A stretch of 64,000 nucleotides of DNA, from positions 96,348,001 to 96,412,000 of the forward strand of contig OX597820.1 in NCBI GenBank assembly GCA_951406725.2, given 5' to 3'. Position 1 is the stretch's first letter, and every line of letters begins with the position of its first letter. Below the pieces are notes generated by a model that had not been told where the DNA came from, did not search any database, and saw nothing but the letters and a program-made list of their open reading frames with translations. The DNA comes from Octopus vulgaris. Taxonomy: Eukaryota. A program made the position numbers and the translations under genes. This document shows positions 30,056 through 42,774 of this stretch, piece by piece.

Positions 30056-30215
30056 TCAATAAAGTCTATTACACATTCCATCTCCTATTTTATTAATACT
30101 GTTATCCCAACCGCCACTACGAAATCCCTGCAGTAAATCAACGGATAACAACAGGTAATCGAAACTGCCGGTGCTTTACTCATCATCCATTTATACATTT
30201 TATACAATAACTCCA

Positions 30216-30277
<62 letters not shown>

Positions 30278-30932
30278 AGAATTCACGAAAAATACAAAAG
30301 ACGAAGACAGGTGGTGTAGAAAACAAATAAGTGTATTAGTATCACGCTCGGGAATTGAAAAAGTCTTTTGCGTTTCGAGCCTACGCTCTTCAACAGAAAG
30401 GAACACAGAAAGAAACAAGGAGAGAAAGAATGTGTGAAGTGGCTACCGATATATATTAATGTGAGTTTAGAGGGCTATATTATCTGGGCGGGTACCGTGG
30501 TAGCTCACAGTTATGTTCCAGCTTGCGGCTAACTGCATCAGTTAGTATTTAGCATCTATGATGACAAGGAGTTGCTACTCACGCTGTAAATTCCTCCGAT
30601 GGATAATTCTATATTCGTTTCACTGGATGTTAATATTATCTGGAGTGTATACTAGCAATAATTATAATGATATAGAATATGGAGAATATGTCAAACAACA
30701 TATTTTTATGGTTACGACGATCTCCACATATTTCCACTGCACAGAAAATTATGCTCGGTTGCATATGCAACTACCCTTACTCTGTGCAGTGGAAACGTAT
30801 GGAGGTCACCCTAACCCTAAAAGTATCCCGTATGACATTGTAAAATAAAAAGAAATAAATTTTGAGGATGTACCAGTCTTGATATTCTCTATCATTATAA
30901 TTATTGCCAACATATATATATATATATATATC

Positions 30933-31169
30933 TTTACATGCAGTTAAATATTTGTCTCCGATCGTAGAGTGATCAATGGTTTCGCATCCATAAAGATTTA
31001 AGATTCATGGACAGCATTGAGTCTAACGAGCCGTCCATGATGCTTAACGCGTTATTGATGTGAAACCATTGGTCACTCTATGACCGGACATATATTTAAC
31101 TGCATGTAAATACACAACTGCTTTATTCTTTAGAGTGTGCTTCTTGTTCTAATATATGATCCACTGACG

Positions 31170-31170
<1 letters not shown>
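30933..31170. repeat. (TA)n-flanked fold-back, ~80-bp arms plus ~58-nt tail
   Basis: 30933-31014 vs 31030-31110; contains GAAAC-CATTG-GTC. Confidence 0.7.
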
Positions 31171-31227
<57 letters not shown>

Positions 31228-31295
31228 GTGTTGTGGGTGTGTACTATCTATCTCACACACTCACATTTTTTCTCTCCTTGTTTCTTTCTGTGTTC

Positions 31296-31331
31296 CTTTC
31301 TGCTGAAGAGCTTAGGCTCGAAACGTAAAAG
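31296..31331 (+). ncRNA. Hammerhead-like variant (CTGNNGA-A core) in a short repeat family; also at 30365-30400 (-) and 54379-54414 (-)
   Basis: CTTT / CTGCTGA-a / GAGC-ttag-GCTC / GAAACGTA / AAAG. The other copies have CTGTTGA and CTGTAGA cores. Confidence 0.55.
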
Positions 31332-33189
31332 ACTTTGAAGGAAATTTAGCTTTTATTTCCAACAGATTGGGCAACTGCATCGAAGATCTCTCATTGATTC
31401 GACAACAGCTTAGTTTAATTTTCATAGTAGGGAAATAGTTTATTTATTATCTACTATTAATCTCGAAGGGTAAGTTATTATCAGCTAAGCACCGAACTTA
31501 ATGTCCTAATATTTTGCTTTGCTTTCTTGATTTTTCATCTTACTGTCCTTCTGTAAGCAAATTTATTTCATTATAAATTCAACTGAATATATAGTTTCCT
31601 TAAAGAAAATTTCTCCGTACTAAAAAGAAGACTTTTATTATATCTAAGATACTTTTATAAATTCAGCTTTTTATAACACCAAATCAAATCTCGATATTCG
31701 AAGAATATTTTTCAAGTATTTTCAAATTCCAGTCTTTCTAGAATAAATCACACATTTTCATCATCACTTAACCTCGATTAAACATTTCGACTGGGTTTTT
31801 CGATTTCTTACAATATACTTCAGAGCCAGATCAGATAAAAATTTTCTTATGTTGAAATCTGTTATAAAGCTATCACTCTACTTATCTATGTTACAGAGAA
31901 GACGCACATACTTAAGCCATCAGTATTGCTACTGAGATGAAGTACGTGACTTAATGAGTGAATTCGTCCATTTCTTTGAATTATACGCTCTATGTTTTCT
32001 TTATCTCTTGCATTCTAAACTATAGTGTCTTTGTTAAATTTTGTACACGGTTCTTGTAAGTTTAAAACGTTAAAATAGGGAAACTGCAAGATTTTCTATA
32101 ATGCAATTTATTTTCACGCTTTGTTGCAACAGAATTTGCTGTCAGTTCACACTTTATTTGCTAAAAATATAAAGCAAACTTTTGCTTAGATGATGAATAT
32201 AATGAAGAAAGACAACTTATGGATCTGTGCTTCAAGCAATATCAAATCTGTCAATAGAAGATACAGTGACAGCAAAGATATTATACAACGAAGAAGCGAG
32301 CGTTATTCATGGAAATCCATTGTTGCAGAAATTTTTTAAATATTGATGGAAAAATGAGGAATTTTAACAGATAGGTAAGTAAAAATAACTCAAATATATT
32401 CACTAGTGTTAGACAAAAATAGTATCATTTTCATCTAATTTTTGCGAATTCTTTCTCTATTCAGATGTAGGTTACTTCACAAAGCAAGTTCATCTTTTTA
32501 GCAATAAATGTGCGATATGTACACATCCAAGATTTGCTTGAAAATTATCCATGAGAAGATATATTGTTATACTATTCAAGCCCTTGCTTCTTTCTATGAA
32601 GGTCTAAAGACTTTCAGAGTTGCTTAACTAGATGTGTAGGTGCTCCGCAGCCCGTGGAGGAAAAAGACGTGAAACTACAGAGGAAGACAAGCACCAACAT
32701 TGAGGAAGAAGAGAAAAATGACAGCTGGGAGATAGCAGAGAAAAAAAGAAAAGAGAGGATACATGTGGTAAAGAATGACCCCCAACCCACCCGGCCCCCA
32801 CCCACACCCACTCTCCCCATGCCCGGTCTGACAAAAAAGCAATTGCAAACACACAGGAGCCTCAAATTTACCCCCCAACCACCACCACCGCCCCCTGTAA
32901 AGAAAAATACGCATTGATGTACAATGAATAGAATGAGGAACTGGATAATGAGATACAATCGTGGGACGGAATTGTCAAGGTTGGTGTAGCAGGTGCAAGG
33001 GGTCAGTCCGAAAACAATTATTGAGTGCTAACGGACCCGGGGAGCTTGTGGGAGCTGCATAAGTACGTGGAAGATTACGACTGCTAGTGGTGGGTCAAAA
33101 AAATAGACACCAGTACAATGCCGAAAAGAATAAGGTACGTTGATATTTTAAAGAAATATGATATAGACATTTTGAAAAAAATATGTGGA

Positions 33190-33875
33190 TTAACTATTTG
33201 ATAGAATCGACTATCGGTATCTGGCGGTGGTCCTCGAGGAGGTCGGGTTGGACCCGAGTTTCCGCGGTTGGATTGCTTGCTTTGTACAGCGACATCGAGT
33301 GAACGTCTTTTTTCTTTTTTTTTTTTTCGAAATCGTTCGGGATTGAATGCTCAGTACGCCATGGATGTCCCTTGTCACCGCTTCTGTATGTATTGGCTTT
33401 TGAGTCATTGCTGTGGAAGCTGGAAACGTTGGGGAGCGTGTCATATGATCTGTGGTGTGGAAGAGGTACTACTGCGTATGCGGATGATATTTCCATCATC
33501 GTATCTGAAGAAGGGCAGCTTCCTTATGTAGAAAACGCCATCAAAGGATACGAGGCGGGTGGAAGGTGCAAAGGACAAGTCGGTCGGCTTGCAGCTCAGC
33601 AACTGAAGGGGCAAGTCGATGTCATCCAATAACGTCGTAGGGCGTTGGACGGAAGGTCCACTTACGTTGCTAGGGATCTGGTTCGGTTCAGACTTCCGGA
33701 TAGAGAAGAATTGAAGCGAGGTCACGGATAAGTTGACTGCCCTTACCCAGACCTGGTCTGCGCGGGCGTTATCCTTGGTAGGAAGAGAGTAGGTGGGGCA
33801 GATATTCATAGCATCTGTCATCACCTACTGCCTAACCGTTGTGCCTTGCTCCGATTTGTGGTTGAACAAGTTGAT
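33190..33875 (+). mobile_element. L1/Tx1-like reverse transcriptase remnant
   Basis: GCPLSPLLYVLAFE, AYADDISII, LLGIWFG. Confidence 0.75.
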
Positions 33876-34207
33876 GAATATATGTACGTAAGTATGTGTG
33901 ATGCGTGTATGTATATATATATATATACTAGCAGTATCGCCCGGCGTTGCTCGGGTTTGTAAGGGAAATAACTATATAAGCATTTTTAGAGAGTTATAGC
34001 CAAAAAGTAGCAAAAAAATGCATTAAAAATTGAAAAAAAATTAAGGTAAATTTTTCTTTAAATCGTTGACACATCGTAGATATTTTTAGAGAGTTACTTC
34101 CCTTATATAAAAGCGAAAAAAATGCATTAAAATGGAAAAATATGATGGTAATTGTTTTTTAAATCGTAGACTCATCGTAGACGCGCGCTAATACCCAGAA
34201 GGGCTCG

Positions 34208-34463
34208 TTTGTTATTCTGGGTAACTTTCTGTAAAATTATTAAAATTTTGTTCAAACATCGCTATAGAAAATGGGTTATTAGCTAATATTCAATTGGGTA
34301 TACAACAAAATTTTACGATAGAATTTGTTATTCTGGGTAACTTTCTGTAAAATTATTAAAATTTTGTTCAAACATCGCTATAGAAAATGGGTTATTAGCT
34401 AATATTCAATTGGGTATACAACAAAATTTTACGATAGAATTTGTTATTCTGGGTAACTTTCTG
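34208..34463 (+). repeat. 116-bp tandem repeat, ~2.2 copies
   Basis: Unit tttgttattctgggtaac...acgatagaa starts at 34208, 34324 and 34440. Confidence 0.9.
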
Positions 34464-34544
34464 ATACCCATAATAATATTTATGGCAAAATAGGCCTTAA
34501 TTTCATTTAAGATTGTGGGAAATAACAAACTATCCTTTCTTTCG

Positions 34545-34750
34545 GTTTGTTTACGTTTAGCGTAATGATTTCAAATAGGCTCATTCGAAAAAGTAAATAG
34601 AAATAGTCTAAGGCTTTACTCTTCTGGGAAAGTCTGTGGCTAGGTCCAGTTTCTTCAGAAAACTCACCGAAAGAAACAGTTTTTAAATTTTCACTCCATT
34701 CAGGTACCAATTCGTTTTCTTTATCGCTGTCGGATTCACTGTTTTCACTT
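34545..34750 (-). pseudogene. piggyBac-like transposase N-terminal fragment
   Basis: SENSESDSDKE..EW..FSEETGP..ALDYFYLLF..LFEII resembles the PGBD/piggyBac N-terminal pattern. Confidence 0.5.
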
Positions 34751-35062
34751 TAATAGCTGCCAACTTGCAAAGACAAAGGAGGAGAAGGGTGATAGCGTCA
34801 GTGAAACAATTCGCTCCCTTTGTGTGTGTGTGCGTTTGCGTGTGGTGTAAACCAGACTAAGAAAAGCATTTGACACACACACCAGAATGTGAGTTTTCTG
34901 TAAATTTTGCTTAATTGGAGTTTAAATTTTAAAAACTGGACCTGGCATGACGCGATGCATTGTACTCTCAAAAATGGTAGGTAAATTGTAATTGAAGAAA
35001 TCCTATATTGTAGATTTGTATAACTCCCAAAGGGAGGCAGATAAAATCTGCCTTTTATAATA

Positions 35063-35180
<118 letters not shown>

Positions 35181-35246
35181 TATATATACATTAGATATAT
35201 ATACATACATAGATAAATTGACTGACAGATACGTTCATACATACAT

Positions 35247-35247
<1 letters not shown>

Positions 35248-35339
<92 letters not shown>
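35248..35339 (+). repeat. (GATA)n microsatellite, representative of many (TA)n, (CA)n, (TACA)n and (TAA)n tracts in the window
   Basis: Directly visible. Confidence 0.95.
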
Positions 35340-35727
35340 GAAGAAAGTAGTGAGATGATAAAGAAGAGAAACAGTTAATAAGAAGTTAGAAAATTTTTAA
35401 ATTTATGAAACAAAGATCTAAATTAAAGAGTTTAAAAACGTAAACTGAAATGACTTATAATTTTCAATAATTTATTTTCTTCCATTGTGTGTTTTAACAT
35501 TTATAGTAAGTTTAACACAATAATCTAGTATATATAAATCGCAGTTTGTGCGTGTATAATGTCTAACGCATACGTTTCTACGATTCTCAATCGATTTTCA
35601 TCAAACTTTACACACATTAGTTATATCTCGAGGATGGTCATGCACTATAATATTTTGCCCAGAGCTCCTGTGTAAATGGACATCAATGGGCATAGTGTAT
35701 GTATGTATGGTCTTCCATACTTTTTTA

Positions 35728-35803
<76 letters not shown>

Positions 35804-35805
<2 letters not shown>

Positions 35806-36128
35806 CAAAGGGTAAAATTAATTAATTAAGTAGTAAGCAATAATTTCACCAAGTAGAATTCGGCATGAAAAAGGACCATTTCACGGTAAACTTGAGTAAT
35901 ACTTTATAATTAGGGTTCAGCAAAGATTTGCTTTACCACATAGCGCAGTTTAGAAATAGCAGCCAAAAACCTTAGCTATTTCCTCTACTTTAAAAAGGGA
36001 CTCCCGGAAAAAAACAAACGGGAGTCCCTTTTTAAAGTAGAGGAAATAGCTAAGGTTTTTTTAGCTGCTATTTCTATACTTCGGTATGTGATAAAGCAAA
36101 TCTTTGCTGAACCCTAATTATAAAGTAT
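35804..36128. mobile_element. Fold-back element of the same family as 63386-63935, opposite orientation
   Basis: Arms 35899-36006 and 36019-36128, tail 35804-35898. Shares tttagaaatagcag, caccaagtaga.ttcggcatg and aattaattaa motifs. (TA)n on both sides. Confidence 0.8.
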
Positions 36129-36129
36129 A

Positions 36130-36179
<50 letters not shown>

Positions 36180-36188
<9 letters not shown>

Positions 36189-37568
36189 GAGTTTGTGTGT
36201 TTGTGTGTGTGTGTGTGTGTATGTGTGTGTGTGTATGTGCGTATGTTCCTTATGCATTCCAAAACCGAGTTGCCGTTTTTGACGTATGAGGTATCCAAAG
36301 ATTAAGTAAGGTTTTGGCTACCAAACTATATTTTCATTCATTTATTTGCATTACAAAAATTTAAGATTATCTTAAACGACATCTTTTATCACCAACATCA
36401 CAACAACGATGACGTCACATTTTCTATATGTGTTCGCGCGTTCGTTACGTACGTTAGGCCGATGACTTACAAGTATATGTGTATGACGGTGTTTGTGTCT
36501 GTCAGCATACATACATTTTTGTGACGACTGACACACATACACACACATCAAAAGACCCAGACGCACACAGGGACAGAGATAGGCCTGAGGTGTGCGTTAA
36601 TGTATGTATGTGTGTGTGTGTCTTAGTATATGTATGTGACGTCCCCCACCCAACAGTCAAACGCTCTGATACTGAAAGTTACAACGACTAGGTTTCAATA
36701 GAAAATGAAAATAGTTTCACGCTTTCAATTTCAACCAAAATTACATTGTTTGATTACGAGACTGACGATGTATGAATAATGAAAGTAATATTTCTCCGAA
36801 TTAGTCACATCTGGATTATAATAAAGAAAGTTCCTACGGCGATCTTTCGTGTTCCTTGCGAAACTGTCATCTGCGTTCATTAATTTCCGTAAAAAAATTT
36901 TATTTATTTAATTTTGTTTTAAAGTGAGCGGAGAAAATGAAAAATGTATGGACGTGTATATGAAATGGATGTGTGTGTGTGTGAGAGAGAGAGAGGAAGC
37001 GGGAAAGAGAAAGAGAGAGGAAGAGAGAGAGGAAGGGAGAAAGAGAGAGAGACAAGAAGGGAGAAACATAGAGAGAGGAAAGGAGAAGGAGAGCGAGAAA
37101 GAGAGTGGCTGAAGGTGTGTATTGTTATGTATACGTACATACATCAATACATATGCATACATCTTTTTGTTTGTACATGTGCATGTGTTAGTGTGAGAGC
37201 GAGAGAGTGGGTGAGTGAACGTGTATGTAAGTAGCACTCACTCTCTCTCTCTCTCTCTCACATACACACACGCGCGCACACACGTCCATCTCATATACAC
37301 GTTCGTACATTTTTCACCTTCTCCTCTCGCTTTAACGAACAAAACAGTTGATCCGAATAACAGTTCGTTGACAACTTTGAGGGTTATAACGAAACAGCCG
37401 CTGTTTATTATCCGTGTACCAAATAAACTATGTTATTCACTCAACAACTCTTTTTTACAACTAAAATAACCTCGGTAACTACGCGGTCGACACGCCGAAA
37501 TGTTTATATACATACAACTCTGTAAAAATGCATGGTAGATTCGGGCTGCGGCATTCGCTGTTAGTTTA
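36180..37568 (-). mobile_element. Probable Helitron/HINE-like non-autonomous element; related 3' ends at ~16440-16638, ~29240-29335 and ~35522-35690
   Basis: Shared layout of an aaatttga..aatc(c)g segment, a (CA/CAGA)n tract and a TTTTAT..AGAT terminus, inserted in (TA)n. Confidence 0.4.
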
Positions 37569-39990
37569 TGTGCAGGCTATGTGGGAAGACAGAATAAAGG
37601 GTTTTTGTTAGTTTATCTCTCTGAAAAAATAGCTCCCTTTGTTGTAGAATAAAATAAACTCGCGGAGGGGAAGTTTCATCATCTTCTTTCAATTTCCTTA
37701 CACCATTTATGTGGCTGTTTCTGACAAGAAATTTCGCTATCATGTAAAACCACCATTTTTTGTAGTCATTATCTGTAATCTACTCCCAAAACACTTCAGT
37801 GCCTCGACTTTGCATCGCTTGCGAACTTATATGTTCTATGGCCATTAAAGTGTAACGACATCCACAATAACCAGCCTTCAATTTGGTTTTCCGTTCCTAG
37901 GTTAATCGGAAACATAGATTGCCGTGCTACTCATAAACCTTCTCGTTAGTTCAATTATTTAGTGAAACAAATACCACCAAAGCAACTTAAACCGTCCAAA
38001 GAACAGGTGCATTTGCTAGTTTAATATAAAATTAGGATGCTCCCAAGGTACAACAAAACTAGATTAACTTTAACTGAAAACATTGCAGATGATATTTTAA
38101 TACTTTTTTGATTGTGAAGACCAATTCAAAATACGTCATATGTAGACAATATTAATGTTGTGCTGGTGAAATTATATGCCAAACCACTTTAGATGTTAAA
38201 CAAAGAAGTCCTCAAGTCAATGAGAGTAACTACGTCGTCCATTATAAAGCGAGAAATAGCACCAAAATCTCTCAACTCACACTATACTATCTTTATGACA
38301 AACAACGGCTTACTTGATAGCATAGTCTAAGATATTCTATGCCTAAATAAATGGACTGTATGCGGGTTGAATGTTTTACATCACAGGTCTGTTTCACCAG
38401 AGCTGAAATGGATATCAAACCAACAATAACTAGCAATGAAAGATCTCCCGGAAACTACACAAGAATAATTCCCATCCCTTATTAATCACTTTAAGCTTTA
38501 ATCTAGGTTTTAAATCGATATGAAATCCAGATTTTAAGTGTTCGCTATTTATGTCACAGGGTCCAACACGTGAAAAGTATAGACCTTAATGTCATTACAG
38601 TCACGGAAATCCTGGCACAGTCTTTTAATCTTTAATAGAATTTTAACATGGCTGGCTACTTGTTTCGCAAAGACGATTTTAATCGCCATGGTGACGATGT
38701 GAGAAACTTTCCGTGCTCAAACTTTTAGGTAACTCGTTACAGCGATTTGAACCAGTCGCAATAAGAATTATTTCGCACCGTGTCTACATAAACACCTCAA
38801 TACTTCTACTCGGAGTTGTTTACCATCTCCAGTACTACTATGAAGACACAAAGCTTTTTTGACAAATCTTGAGTTTCATCTGGGAAAACAGCTACTTCAG
38901 TTTTCATTACTTGTGAGTTCATATACTCAGAGATTCCGTGGGAAAAACTTTCGCTGTTAACAATTTGTCTGCTATTTACTGCAGAATCTGAAACTACTCT
39001 TCGCATCAATACCGCAGTACCTTTAGACGTTCCAATCACGCTACCATATTTGAAAATATTCTTTATGGGTAAAAAGGTAAGTCGTATCTACAGAACTGGT
39101 TGCTAGTGTCAAACAACAACAACCGAAAATCTACAAGTCAGTCAGGGAACTTCTAATAAGCATTCGAAATGTTAGAAATAGTTGCCAGTTTAACCACCTA
39201 CACTATGCTGCCTTAAAAGGTGAAGTGCATTGAATGATACAGCTCTAGATCAAATATGTCTACAAGAAGCAAAACGATGCGTGGAAGATGTCTCGTCATA
39301 TGTTTACTGATCCAGAGTTGACCTAAGATGAACAACAGCATCAATGACGATAACAGTAATGAGTTAGGATATTTCTATATAGCCAATGAATTTGCTAAAA
39401 ATAGCAACCAAATATTCCTTATGTCGTTTTATGCTGCCTTATGAAAATTAGGGAAAGACCTATGATAATTTTGTGCTAGATAACATTCTGCCACAAAAGT
39501 TAAAGACGAGGTAGTCAGGATAGTCAGGGCGGGTATATTTTGATCTGAACATAAGCAACAATAATAACAACAATAGCAGCAGGAATATCTAAATTGACTG
39601 AACAAATATTCGAAAGTGTTTAGGAACACGTTTATGAGATACACAATAATGCACTGAAAAGGTTTTTTTTTTTTTTTTGTGTGTGTGAATGAAAAAAGAA
39701 TATTAAAGATTCCTTAAGAAACAAGATATCGAAATATCTATACAAGTTTCTTCACACTGCTTCTTATTTCACATAGTGTTGATACACATCTACATTTAAT
39801 CACACGTTATCGAATTCATTTCTCTTTATAGAAATAATTCAACTATGTTTGAATAATATATAAGTTTTCTATGCGGAAGTATGATTTCCCAGACACACAG
39901 AATTGAAATGGTGCCATACAGGTTTCCGGATAATTCAACAATGTTTCGTGAATATTGCTCTGAATATTACTATTGTTATCCTAATTATTA

Positions 39991-40050
<60 letters not shown>

Positions 40051-42194
40051 GAGCAGGATGTTTTCGGCAATAAATACAAAAGGAAAGCGATATTTAGACG
40101 GAAAACACACTAAAGCATATAATATAATCCGTTATTGTGTGAGATTATATTGCCAATAATAGTTCTGTAAATGGTAACAATAATACATCAAGCTTTCTGC
40201 ATAATGTTTCAATTGAATTTACGATCTCTACTGTAATGCATTACCAGAAATACCATAATAATCAATTAATCATTTATATGGAACAGATAAACGTCTATCA
40301 GGGTTAGTCTCCCCAAAGTTATACAAGTTTAGTAATAAGCAGATACAGTAGATGATCACTTTTGTTGAAGTAAATCTCTTTCAGATAACTCAATCCTAAC
40401 TCAATCGGTCGAGGAAGTGTTTCAAATTTTACTGAAAATGCACGTAATACGACCAGCGGAACCAATTATATTCTAGAAATACCTATGTTATGCTATGACT
40501 TGGATAATTTTTATGCGTTTGTATTTCAGAAATATTTCGATGAGAAAACATATCTGCTATTTATTATAGAACTAAACGTCTTCCTCACATATATTTTTTA
40601 AACTAGTGTCAAGTGAACGACCCCCATAAAAATATGCCAGTGATATTTTCTCTATCCAACAAACAATTTGATGTTACCCAATGCATTCAGATTTTATTGG
40701 TTTGTAGTTTAGCCAATACAGCTTTTTTTGTCTGAAATAAAATTGGAGGAACCAGACAGAACAATCCATTAAAATATAATATATGGAAATAAGACAAGTT
40801 GCTGCAAATGAAGAAGCAACAGTAAATTTTCTTGTACAACAAACCAATGCGCCTACATTATTTTAAGCACTAGTATCAATACCCGCGTACTCAGGATGGT
40901 GGTTGGTTCATTTAGTAAAATGTGCCGGACAAAATGTATTTGGTATTTACTTAGATACTGAATCTACATCTAGCTATGTTGTTTTCAACCATTCTGGAAT
41001 CGGTAAGGGAGCGCTAGTTCATGTACAGGTAACTACTTAGTTAGTTATACGCCGCTTCAGTTGTGGGTATATTAGGAATAAGTGCGGTATATTATATGAT
41101 CAATAAGGAAATCTGTTTCAATAGTTTATTTTTAAAACGGACGTAGGGGGAAATGCCCCGTTTTATTGGGTGGATTTCTACCCTATGTGTGTAAGTATGA
41201 TATCAATATTCATTCAAATGAACACGATAGCTAACTGTCTCTTGTAACAGTATGTTTTCTGGTGATATTATTTGTGAGATCACTAGATCTTATAAATATC
41301 ACTAGATCTCCAGGGATAAAATCAGCTGTGAATAATTAGTACCACATTAAGACATTACAAACAAAAAGATTAGAAAATGACAAATATCTTCCAGATAAAT
41401 GTAAAAAAGTTGAAATGTATTAAAAGCGATAAAGTTTAAATTTGGTTTGGTGGATCTCCGTCGTTTTATGCGATGATGATTCCGTTGTTCGATCAACTGA
41501 ATTATTCGCTTCTGAATTTACTTGGAAGTGGTTGAGCTTCCATAGACAGATGTACTCTTAACTTAATTCTCGGACAGAATTACGATGACATAGTGTGTGA
41601 CAAAGCTGTACCTTCTGAATTATATGCACAATCCATCCGACAAGCTTGCATATGAATCTACCCGACCTGACATACAAAGCTTTGGTAAACTCGAAGCTAT
41701 AGAAAGTAGGATTTGCCTAACGTACACAGTTAGGTCAAAACTAGAACTTCGTGGATGTGAAGCGAACTTAATCATTCTACTTTACTTACCAGCACAACAT
41801 TGAATACTACCTACAAATACAGGATTCTGTTGCTTGAAACGTTTAGCAAAATCTGTACAATATTTTATATTTTCCTGTAAAAGTACAACATAGCTGCAAT
41901 ACCATAGCGCAGAATTTAAGACGGAGAATGACAACGATTTTTTTTCTTATCATAGAAAAATCGCATTTTTCTACAAAGATAAATCACCATTCTTTTAAAC
42001 AAAATAAAACATTGCGGTCCAACAAGCAAGGCTAATTCCAATGAAATGGAATCATCTTGGGATGAGATTATATTTCCAGAAATATTGTTCAAAGTATAGT
42101 GGAGATTAATCATAAAGAAACAATATCTTGAATGGCAAAATAAAACCTTGGATCGCCTGTCATACTTTAAACAACACTCTCTTCTCCTTCCCGC

Positions 42195-42229
<35 letters not shown>

Positions 42230-42389
42230 ACACAATCACTTTACACACGTACACACATACACACATGCACAAAACAGATAAACACATATTTACATATATA
42301 CATACACACACACATGCATACGTACATACATATATATGTGTGTGTGTGTACGTATTATGTGTATATATATATATACATACACACACAAA

Positions 42390-42448
<59 letters not shown>

Positions 42449-42589
42449 GGATAGAGAAACAGATTGAGAAATACAATTAGTTACATCTGAATAAGAACAT
42501 CTATGTGCAGGTAAATATATGTATGTATGTATGTATGTATGTGTGTGTGTGTACATTATTGACATTTGTCCTCATCTTGTTTGTTGTTA

Positions 42590-42633
42590 ACACAACGTTT
42601 CGGCTGATATACCCTCCAGCCTTCATCAGGTGT
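42590..42633 (-). ncRNA. Minimal hammerhead ribozyme at the 3' end of a PLE
   Basis: Minus strand: ACAC / CTGATGA-a / GGCTG-10 nt-CAGCC / GAAACGTT / GTGT. Palindromic AACGTT stem III is typical of dimeric PLE HHRs. Confidence 0.8.
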
Positions 42634-42685
42634 ATTGGGGAAATTTCGAACCTGGGGTTCCCATTCTAAGTTGTTGTTCTTGTTG

Positions 42686-42774
<89 letters not shown>

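Noticed and set aside
38806-39039. 77-aa non-repetitive ORF
   Set aside because: Non-ATG start, no recognisable motif and no supporting splice structure.
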